Both the position numbers and the translations under genes were made by a program. This document shows, piece by piece, positions 29,760 to 37,461 of a DNA stretch of 64,000 bases; position 1 is the first letter of the stretch, and each line of letters starts with the position of its first letter. The DNA comes from Planctomycetota bacterium (GTDB lineage: Bacteria; Planctomycetota; UBA1135). Under the pieces are notes generated by a model. It was not told the DNA's origin. It searched no databases and was given only the letters and a program-made list of their open reading frames with translations. The DNA is taken from the NCBI GenBank assembly GCA_045047305.1, contig JASFYO010000021.1:1-64000 (forward strand). The letters are read 5' to 3'.

Positions 29760-30517
29760 GCGAGTACTGCTATCAAGCCATTGCGTCCGGCCGATAAACC
29801 CTGACGCCGATGGCTGAAGCAGGAATGGTCAGAGCCCGTATCGATTCCCGAAAGGTAGATCGATGCGGGCTCCACTCCGTTTTGGAGCAGGCAATGCTGA
29901 GCCCATAAGGCAATATCAACCTGCCAACGATCTCCTTCTCCACGATATCGCGCTCCATCTGGGCAGGCCTCACCGACCTCGGGGCCAACCTCATAAGAAG
30001 CTCCAGCGATGCAGGGGGCGACGCCAGCACGTATGTCTATCGGCTCCACACCTAAGCCAAGAAACTGCTCCACTGCTGCGTCGAGGATGCCTGCGGCTAA
30101 TCCCCGCCACCCTCCATGGATCACCCCAATCACTCCGGGCGCATGCAGAAGCACGGCGCTGCAATCCGCCACTGCTACATACAGCGGCAACCCTGGGGTG
30201 GTTGTGATGAGGCCATCACATTGGGGAATGACTGTCTCAGGCGTTAAGGCACCCCGCCCACGGTGAGAATCGTCCACGAAGACGACATTGGATGTGTGCA
30301 CTTGGCCTCCAACGACCCAATCGTTAGGCGAGACTCCAAGAAATGCCGACCAAGCTTGACGCACGGTTTGAGCGGCGTCGCGGTCACGTTCTCCGCTGAA
30401 GGCTAAATTGCCCAGATCAGAAGGGCTGCGCGCAGCAAAAACATGGGAGAACCCGCTGGCTTCGGATAGTTCGGGGAACTGGTACCCGTAATAGGCTCCC
30501 GCGCGACACGGAGTCAT
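29756..30517 (-). CDS. YfiH/PgeF-family (laccase-domain) purine nucleoside phosphorylase
   Basis: QVHT, DGLIT, VADC, HGGWRG, YEVG, FSHRR. Confidence 0.9.
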   Translation of the reverse strand: MTPCRAGAYYGYQFPELSEASGFSHVFAARSPSDLGNLAFSGERDRDAAQTVRQAWSAFLGVSPNDWVVGGQVHTSNVVFVDDSHRGRGALTPETVIPQCDGLITTTPGLPLYVAVADCSAVLLHAPGVIGVIHGGWRGLAAGILDAAVEQFLGLGVEPIDIRAGVAPCIAGASYEVGPEVGEACPDGARYRGEGDRWQVDIALWAQHCLLQNGVEPASIYLSGIDTGSDHSCFSHRRQGLSAGRNGLIAVLA

Positions 30518-31611
30518 CAGGTGGTGGATGCTGCAAGCTGTGCGTCGGGATCGTCCTTCGCGGATTCTTCGTTTTCCTTTTTCATCACCGGCCGCAAGAA
30601 CTCAGCATAAAGCACGCGTCCTACAGCGACTAAGGGGACCGCAATAACCAGGCCAAAGATGCCCATCAGTGCTCCGCCGCAAAGCACGGCGAGGATGACT
30701 ACAAAATCGGAGAGGCCAAGACCTCGTCCAACCATGCGAGGAATAAGGACATAGCCTTCTAGGACTTCGAGTGCGGTATAAATGACGGTAGCGGTGATCA
30801 AGCCCGCGAATCCCCCACCCGTCATGCCGCCGTCGGCGAATCCGACTAAGGCCAACAGGAAGAAGCCAACCAAGGGTCCGAGCACCGGAAGCAAAGACAA
30901 CGCACCCAAGGCTAAGCCAAGGGAGTATGCGCCAGGAAATCCAAGCAACAACAGAATGCCCCAAGTCAGTAATCCTTTGACCGTGGCGACCTTGGTTCTG
31001 GAGACCAGGTAAAGGCTTAGGATTTTTTCGATGCGAGGAAGGATGCGATCAAAGCTGGCATGCCATGGGGTGGGCAACTCCGAGCGAATCCGAGTCAGCC
31101 AAGGGCCACCTTCTAATAAAAAGTAGAGGAAGATTGGCAGTAATAGAATGCCCGACACAATGCCGAACATACCGCCAAAGAATTGGACCAATCCTTGTCC
31201 GGCGCGGCTTAATTGTTCCGATGCAATCCCCACAACATTTTCTGGGTTAAGTTGTTCGGGGTCTAAATTCTCCTTAGCCCAATCAGGCAGGCCATCGCGG
31301 AGGGTTAACAGTTGGTCTTGGATTTGCTGACTTAGGCCACCGAGATTATCAACCGGCACTTTGGCTAAAAGTCCTTGGAAGTCGAACAAGGCTGGCAGCA
31401 TGAGCAAAGGCGGAACCAGAGCAAATAAGGCTACACAGGTGAGAGCTGAAACTGAGGATCCTAGGCGGATTCTCCAACGCCGATGAAGTGGGTAAAACAC
31501 TAGCATCAGCAAGTAAGCGCCAAGCAAGGGAGCGGTGACTGACTTTAATAGCCAGATCAACCAGGACACCCCGACGACAATGGCAAGGCGTACAGCAGTA
31601 TGGAGATTCAT
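30517..31611 (-). CDS. AI-2E family transporter
   Basis: Multi-TM; LPVLGP, LEGYVLIPRMVG, GIFGLVIAVPL. Confidence 0.88.
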   Translation of the reverse strand: MNLHTAVRLAIVVGVSWLIWLLKSVTAPLLGAYLLMLVFYPLHRRWRIRLGSSVSALTCVALFALVPPLLMLPALFDFQGLLAKVPVDNLGGLSQQIQDQLLTLRDGLPDWAKENLDPEQLNPENVVGIASEQLSRAGQGLVQFFGGMFGIVSGILLLPIFLYFLLEGGPWLTRIRSELPTPWHASFDRILPRIEKILSLYLVSRTKVATVKGLLTWGILLLLGFPGAYSLGLALGALSLLPVLGPLVGFFLLALVGFADGGMTGGGFAGLITATVIYTALEVLEGYVLIPRMVGRGLGLSDFVVILAVLCGGALMGIFGLVIAVPLVAVGRVLYAEFLRPVMKKENEESAKDDPDAQLAASTT

Positions 31612-32003
31612 GTTCCGCTAACGGATTCGCCTTCTAGGAAGGCAACTTCGAAATCGAAGCCGTTGGCGAAATCTTGAGGCTTGTCGCGCTCTGTCTTATT
31701 CAGCAAACCGGCTTCACACATTTGAAAGACCAGACTACCGAAATCCCCGGTGGAATGAACCCCCCAGGAGCGGAATGCGTATGGAGCTAAGGGGCCAAAC
31801 TCCTCCTGGGCATAGCGTCGTAGGCCTGCAAGTAGTTCATGAGGCGAGATATGGCGCCCATCACTAGGCTTCTGGCCCCTTCCCTCAAGGAAAATGGTGA
31901 AATCCAGCGCCTCTAGGACGAAGAAGTACGCTGCTTCTGCGTACTTGCGCTCATTCTGGATGCGAATCTCACGAATGAGTGGTTGGAGTTTGCGGTCGTC
32001 CAT
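31608..32003 (-). CDS. Minf_1886 / TIGR04138-family conserved protein (PVC-typical)
   Basis: YAEAAYFFVLEAL, RHISPHELL, FGPLA...WGVHSTGDFGSLVF, DF...FDF pattern. Confidence 0.8.
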   Translation of the reverse strand: MDDRKLQPLIREIRIQNERKYAEAAYFFVLEALDFTIFLEGRGQKPSDGRHISPHELLAGLRRYAQEEFGPLAPYAFRSWGVHSTGDFGSLVFQMCEAGLLNKTERDKPQDFANGFDFEVAFLEGESVSGT

Positions 32004-32134
32004 TTTTTATCCCCGAGCTAGGTATCGGACGGCATCCAAGATGTTTGCCAGTATCTTGAAAAGGATTTTAAGACTTCCTCGGAAATAGGATGTTGCAATG
32101 TCTTTACCCCCTAGAGAATGGGGGTTTCCGAGCA

Positions 32135-32998
32135 TCAAGGAAATCGCACTAAATCCTGAAAAACTAGGTCTGGAGTGACTTGTCCGGCGAGCCTTGCGAG
32201 GGCGTGGTCTAAGCGTCGGCACCACTGTCCCTGGAAGAGTAAATAGGCGGAATTTGGGGATACGTGGGCAGTTACAAGCCAGGCTCTTGTGGCTGCTAAA
32301 AGGAGCAAGCCCAACTGTCGCTTCTCGGCCAATTTACTAGCTGTAGGAGTTTGGCACCAAGTTTCGGGGCCATCCATCCCGTTGAGCCAAGCTGAGACCA
32401 TTGGGAAGCACTCAAGGAGCATTTTTCGCTCCCCTAGTGGGAGTTCAAGGATGGCTTCACCGGAGCCACAGGCGCGGATAAGAATATTCCAATCTTCTAC
32501 CCCGATTCCTGCTGCAGCGGCCTGCCGACTCATTTCTTCCGGTTCCGCCCGCGGCACTCGCCAAATACGGCAACGGGAGCGCAGAGCAGGGCTGAGATCG
32601 TAGAGCTCGGTTGCGGTGAAAAAGAGGACGGTGCCTTCTGGAGGTTCCTCAGTGGTTTTGAGTAAAGCACCCTGAGCGTCGACTGTCATGCGGTCGGCGT
32701 CGAAGAGAACCACGGCTCGGTGCTTGCCGATCTTGGGCCGATATTTCAAGGCAGTTTCCACACAAGGAACCCCCTCTTTGCGAAAGGTGATGTGCTCCAC
32801 CTTAAGCCCTGGGGTCCCAAGTTCGGTTGGATCGAATAAAGCGAAATCAGCGTGTTCCCGCACCGGTCCTCGAGATTGCAGCAAGGAGGCTGCACAGTCC
32901 AGCGCGACTTCTCGAATGCGACTGCGGGAGGCACCAACAAATAGGTAGGCGTCGGCAAGTGCTCCTGCGGCCACTTCGGTTTCAAAGCGTTGCTTCAT
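32135..32998 (-). CDS. holB: DNA polymerase III subunit delta' (divergent)
   Basis: AYLF, HADF, DADRMTVDAQGALLKTTEEPP, LRSRC; directly after tmk (conserved pairing). Confidence 0.85.
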   Translation of the reverse strand: MKQRFETEVAAGALADAYLFVGASRSRIREVALDCAASLLQSRGPVREHADFALFDPTELGTPGLKVEHITFRKEGVPCVETALKYRPKIGKHRAVVLFDADRMTVDAQGALLKTTEEPPEGTVLFFTATELYDLSPALRSRCRIWRVPRAEPEEMSRQAAAAGIGVEDWNILIRACGSGEAILELPLGERKMLLECFPMVSAWLNGMDGPETWCQTPTASKLAEKRQLGLLLLAATRAWLVTAHVSPNSAYLLFQGQWCRRLDHALARLAGQVTPDLVFQDLVRFP

Positions 32999-33615
32999 AC
33001 GCGACGCGCCTCCACCGCTTGCACAACCTTTGCTGCAATTTGTTGAATGCTCAATCCTTCCGCGGCGATCAGCGCAGTTCGTGCTGGATTGGCCTTGGCG
33101 TAGGCCAGATAACCTTCACGAACTTTTTCCTGAAAACCCAAACCGCGACTTTCGAAGCCATCATGGCCGCCTTCACCGCCAACGCGGGCAAAACTCACTG
33201 CTGGTTCTAGATCGAGAATCAAAACTCCATGCGGCTGAAGCTCCGGGGCCACCACTAAGCGGTCGAGGTCAAGAACCCAATCCACCAGGCCTTTTTGCCC
33301 TTGATAGGCCACGGTGGAAGGCGTGAAGCGCTCACAGACCACGTCGCGACCAGATGCTAGGGCCGGTGCGACTTTGGCGCGCAGCAGTTCATTACGCGCA
33401 GCAAAAAACAACAGCGCTTCAGAGCGTGGGTCCCAGTTTTCGCGATCGACGTCGAGCAGCATTTTCCGCAGCCCTTCTCCCAATCCGGTGCTGCCGGGCT
33501 CGCGCAAATGTAACGGCCGACGCCCAGCATTTTCTAGTACCTGAACCAGTAACTCCGCCTGGGTGGACTTCCCAGAGCCGTCCATTCCTTCAAGAATCCA
33601 AAATCCCGCTGTCAT
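32995..33615 (-). CDS. tmk: Thymidylate kinase
   Basis: LEGMDGSGKSTQ, REPG, LLFFAAR, CERF, AYQG; start moved to ATG 33615. Confidence 0.95.
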   Translation of the reverse strand: MTAGFWILEGMDGSGKSTQAELLVQVLENAGRRPLHLREPGSTGLGEGLRKMLLDVDRENWDPRSEALLFFAARNELLRAKVAPALASGRDVVCERFTPSTVAYQGQKGLVDWVLDLDRLVVAPELQPHGVLILDLEPAVSFARVGGEGGHDGFESRGLGFQEKVREGYLAYAKANPARTALIAAEGLSIQQIAAKVVQAVEARRV

Positions 33616-33675
33616 GGCCTTATCGTAGTGTCGCCGCACTGGAAATCGATGCCTCCTTGCGGTTAGTCTCTGGGC

Positions 33676-34767
33676 ATGCCGCGTCGACTCCTTGCTTTCC
33701 TGGCCATAGGGCTCTTACTCCTTGCTTCTTGCGTCACACCCGCCCCACCACGGCAGGTACCTCTTGGGCTCGAGCCTCCGGTGCAGTCCCCTCCAGGAGA
33801 GTTGTCTTTGCAGGAGCGTGTGCGCTGGTGGGAGAATCAACTTCCGCGACTTTCCTCGAGTGATCGGGTGGAAGCACGTCTGTTGATGGGAGAATTGCAT
33901 CTGGAAGCAGGACAGGCCGACGCCGCACGCCTTGCTTTTTATGAGGCAAAAGGCGGTCATCTTTCGGCCACGGAATTAGCTCGTTCCGAACGCGGTATTG
34001 GCCTGAGTTACTTTCTTCAGGGGAACCTTGCGGCAGGAGTTTCTCATCTTGAACGTGCATTGCCGCAGCTTGAGGGACCGGCTGCCGCCGAAACCGAGTA
34101 TCTCTTGGCGGCGGCAAAAGGCTCCCCTCTAAATGGACCGTCCAATGCGGTTAGCGAGCGCATGGGTGTTTACCTCGCCAAAGCCAACCTGAAAGCACCC
34201 GTAGCGAAAAGGGTTGAAGCATCCACCGATGGCATTCACTTTGATGTCAGTCGGCAACAATGGAACGCCGCAGCGATGCATTCCAATTGGGATCGGATGA
34301 CCACTCCCTATCGTATTACGGTGCATCACACTGCCATACCCATATCATCAACATCTCTCTCGGGAAATATTGCCGCGGTACGCGTGGTACAGGGTGAGCA
34401 TATGAATGGCAGGGGCATGGCAGACATCGCTTACCATTTCCTCATTGGGCGTGATGGAAGGATATTCCAAGGTCGCCCTCTGTATGCACAAGGGGCTCAT
34501 GCCTCGGGTGATTACAACATTGGCAACATTGGTATTTGCCTGCTAGGCAATTTTGTGGCCCAACCAAACCGTGGACCGGAATATGCAGCGGCACAGGCTC
34601 CTACGGCCAAGCAGATGGAATCACTGGAGCGTTTAGTTGGCGAAGTCCGTAGTACTTATGGGATCAAAGCCAATCAGGTTTGGGGCCACCAACATTGGAA
34701 ACCAACTAAGTGTCCGGGGCCACACCTTTTGTCGTGGGCTGCTCGTTACCGCCGCAGCGTTCAGTAA
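33676..34767 (+). CDS. Lipoprotein with TPR-like region and PGRP/Amidase_2 N-acetylmuramoyl-L-alanine amidase domain
   Basis: Lipobox LLLASC; ITVHHT, DIAYHFLIGRDG, GAHA, IGICLLGNF, GHQHW..TKCPG (Zn ligands H, H, C). Confidence 0.88.
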   Translation: MPRRLLAFLAIGLLLLASCVTPAPPRQVPLGLEPPVQSPPGELSLQERVRWWENQLPRLSSSDRVEARLLMGELHLEAGQADAARLAFYEAKGGHLSATELARSERGIGLSYFLQGNLAAGVSHLERALPQLEGPAAAETEYLLAAAKGSPLNGPSNAVSERMGVYLAKANLKAPVAKRVEASTDGIHFDVSRQQWNAAAMHSNWDRMTTPYRITVHHTAIPISSTSLSGNIAAVRVVQGEHMNGRGMADIAYHFLIGRDGRIFQGRPLYAQGAHASGDYNIGNIGICLLGNFVAQPNRGPEYAAAQAPTAKQMESLERLVGEVRSTYGIKANQVWGHQHWKPTKCPGPHLLSWAARYRRSVQ

Positions 34768-34768
34768 A

Positions 34769-35572
34769 TCAGAACAGGCTCGTGGCTAATGCTGCGAGCC
34801 CGAGTAGCCAGCAGTAGGGTGCAAAGAGGTGCAGTTTTCCGCGTTTGGTAATCCATACCAACATTCCCAGTGCCGTCCAGCCAACCAGAAAACTTACCCC
34901 CACAGCCAAACCTAAGGTGGTTAAATCCAGGCCTTGCGAGGTGTCGAGTTCGGGTAGCTTTAACACCGAGGCACCGAGGATGGCGGGAATCGACAACAGG
35001 AAGCTGAAAGCTGCAGCTGCTTCTGCAGAAAGGCCTAGGCGTAAACCCACCACGATGGTGGTTCCACTGCGCGAGATGCCCGGGAGAATCGCAAAGGCTT
35101 GAGAAAGCCCGATAATCAAGGCGCCTTTCCAAGAAAGTTCTTGGATGGACGTCCCGCCCGAAGGTAACCGTTTGGAGTACCACAAAATACATCCAGTCAA
35201 TAAAAGGGCACTGGCTGCGGGATAGGGCGAGCCAAACAATCCATCTAAATGATTGCGAATACTAAACCCAACAACGACAGCAGGAAGAGTCGCCAAAACC
35301 AATTGTCCGGCCAAGCGTCTTTGGTTGCTTACGTCGTCACCCTTACCAAAGAAACCAAGCACCAAACGAGTGAGGCGTTTTCTATAAAACAACAGAACCG
35401 CAAGCAGGGTTCCCACATGCAGCAAAACCTCAAGGCTGGCGTTGGCTGCTAACTGGTCGCCACCCGGCAAGAACTCTTTGCCCAAGACCAGATGCGCCGA
35501 AGAGGAGACTGGTAGGTATTCAGTAAGGCCTTGGAGGACGGCCAGAATTAGGACAAGTAAGAGCGCTCCCAA
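34769..35572 (-). CDS. uppP: Undecaprenyl-diphosphatase
   Basis: QGLTEYLPVSSSAHL, QAFAILPGISRSGTT, FSFLLSIP. Confidence 0.96.
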   Translation of the reverse strand: MGALLLVLILAVLQGLTEYLPVSSSAHLVLGKEFLPGGDQLAANASLEVLLHVGTLLAVLLFYRKRLTRLVLGFFGKGDDVSNQRRLAGQLVLATLPAVVVGFSIRNHLDGLFGSPYPAASALLLTGCILWYSKRLPSGGTSIQELSWKGALIIGLSQAFAILPGISRSGTTIVVGLRLGLSAEAAAAFSFLLSIPAILGASVLKLPELDTSQGLDLTTLGLAVGVSFLVGWTALGMLVWITKRGKLHLFAPYCWLLGLAALATSLF

Positions 35573-35581
35573 TGGCTGAAC

Positions 35582-36700
35582 CTAGAGTGTTGCCGCAATG
35601 GATTCCGGAGTTTCCCACGTCATGTCGAATGCTTGCGCAACCGGTTTATTGGTCAGGCGACCAGCAAGGGTGTTGGCAGCAGTGGCGAGTTGTGGGTTCT
35701 TTAATACGGCATCCTTAGGCCCTAAAGCAGCAAGCTTTAGTACATAAGGAAGCGTGGCATTGGTGAGACCAAAGGTGCTGGTACGTGGAACTGCACCAGG
35801 CATGTTCGCAACACAGTAATGCACCACCCCATGGATGACGTAGGTCGGGTTCTCATGCGTGGTTGGGCGGCAAGTTTCAATGCAGCCACCTTGGTCGACA
35901 GCGACGTCGACAATGACCGAACGATCGGCCATGAGAGTAAGGTCTTCCTCCAGCACCAACTTGGGTGCCCGGGCGCCTGGAATCAATACGGCACCAATGA
36001 GCAGATCAGTGTGCGGCAAACGCTCGCGGATGGCCTGTCGGGTAGAGAACACGGTGGTGACATTCGCAGGCATTACTTCTTCTAAGTAGCGCATGCGCTC
36101 TAAATCCAAGTCCAAAATGGTTACGTTGGCGCCAAGTCCAGATGCCATCCATGCGGCATGGGTACCCACAATTCCACCGCCAAGAATCATGACGTTAGAA
36201 GGTGCAACTCCCGGAAGGCCGCCGAGTAGAACACCACGCCCGCCCTGAGGAGCTTGCAAAGCCTTCGCCCCTTCTTGAACCGACATGCGCCCTGCGACTT
36301 CTGACATCGGAGTCAGCAAAGGCAAAGTGCGGCCGACCTCCAAAGTTTCATAGGCGAAACAATGTGCGCCTGATGCCAGCATGCCTTCGGTGAGTGCGCG
36401 GTCTGCCGCGAAATGGAAGTAAGTGAAAATAGTTTGGCCAGGGCGGGCACGGGCGATTTCTTCCGCTTGCGGTTCCTTCACTTTGACGATCATGTCAGCC
36501 TGGGCCCAAACATCTGCTACATTCTCTAACACCGTAGCGCCAGCAGTCACGTATTCTGAGTCAGGGAATCCCGAGCCGTCACCGGCCATGGTTTCCACGA
36601 GTACTTGATGGCCAGCCTCAACTAGCGCATGAGCTCCAGCCGGCGTCAATGCAACGCGCGCTTCCAGAACTTTGATTTCTTTTGGGATGCCTAGAATCAT
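35582..36700 (-). CDS. ald: Alanine dehydrogenase
   Basis: GIPKEIK..EARV, KVKEP, LPLLTPMSEVAGR, DVAVDQGGC, YCVANMPGAVPRTST. Confidence 0.96.
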   Translation of the reverse strand: MILGIPKEIKVLEARVALTPAGAHALVEAGHQVLVETMAGDGSGFPDSEYVTAGATVLENVADVWAQADMIVKVKEPQAEEIARARPGQTIFTYFHFAADRALTEGMLASGAHCFAYETLEVGRTLPLLTPMSEVAGRMSVQEGAKALQAPQGGRGVLLGGLPGVAPSNVMILGGGIVGTHAAWMASGLGANVTILDLDLERMRYLEEVMPANVTTVFSTRQAIRERLPHTDLLIGAVLIPGARAPKLVLEEDLTLMADRSVIVDVAVDQGGCIETCRPTTHENPTYVIHGVVHYCVANMPGAVPRTSTFGLTNATLPYVLKLAALGPKDAVLKNPQLATAANTLAGRLTNKPVAQAFDMTWETPESIAATL

Positions 36701-36771
36701 GGGGTCTCCTTGATGAAGGAAGCACGGGATTCTAGTGTTGCGGGCCTAGTCCTCCTACCCGGAACCTATCG

Positions 36772-37458
36772 ATGTCAAAAACAGCAGAACGATTCACCGA
36801 AATTCGGGCCCGTATGGCGGAAGCAGCATTACGCGGTGGCCACGATCCCGCAGGGGTCGATTTGGTGGCTGTGGCCAAAACCGCAACGGCCCATTCCTTG
36901 CAGGAAGCTTGGGATGCTGGCCAACGTATTTTCGGCCATAATCGGGTTGAGGCTCTTGAAGCCCATCGTCTTATCTTGCCTGAAGCCCATTGGCACTTAC
37001 TTGGGCCATTGCAAGGGCGAAAAGTACGCCGTGGGATCGTGGCATCGGCTTGTTATCAGGCCCTGGGGGAATCCCAAACCCTTCAGCGCTGCGCCTCGGC
37101 TGTGGCAGAGACCAACTCCACCCCCTATCCCGTGCTGTTGCAAATCAACCTCAATCCAGAGGATGGGCGTTATGGTTGCCGATTGGCTCAACTTGATGCT
37201 CTAGTCACCGAGGTAAATGCAAGCGAGCAGCTTCATTTCTCAGGATTGATGGCTTTGGCTCTTGCCGACGCGCCGGAAGCCAAACTAAGAGCCGATTTCT
37301 CCACCTTGTTTGAGCATTTCCAGCGTTTGCAAAAGGAGGGGCAACTTGACCCCCAGGCATACCTATCTATGGGCATGAGTCAAGACTTCGAGATTGCAAT
37401 CGAGGAAGGAGCTAATCTGGTGCGTGTCGGGCGTGCGCTCTTCCCTCCCGCCCCTTAA
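36772..37458 (+). CDS. yggS: PLP homeostasis protein YggS family
   Basis: LVAVAK, FGHNRVE, WHLLGPLQ, LSMGMSQDFEIAIEEGANLVRVG. Confidence 0.93.
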   Translation: MSKTAERFTEIRARMAEAALRGGHDPAGVDLVAVAKTATAHSLQEAWDAGQRIFGHNRVEALEAHRLILPEAHWHLLGPLQGRKVRRGIVASACYQALGESQTLQRCASAVAETNSTPYPVLLQINLNPEDGRYGCRLAQLDALVTEVNASEQLHFSGLMALALADAPEAKLRADFSTLFEHFQRLQKEGQLDPQAYLSMGMSQDFEIAIEEGANLVRVGRALFPPAP

Positions 37459-37461
37459 ATC

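Noticed and set aside
32007..32225. 72-aa ORF between holB and the Minf_1886-family gene
   Set aside because: Overlaps the holB 3' end and a likely regulatory spacer; no coding features.
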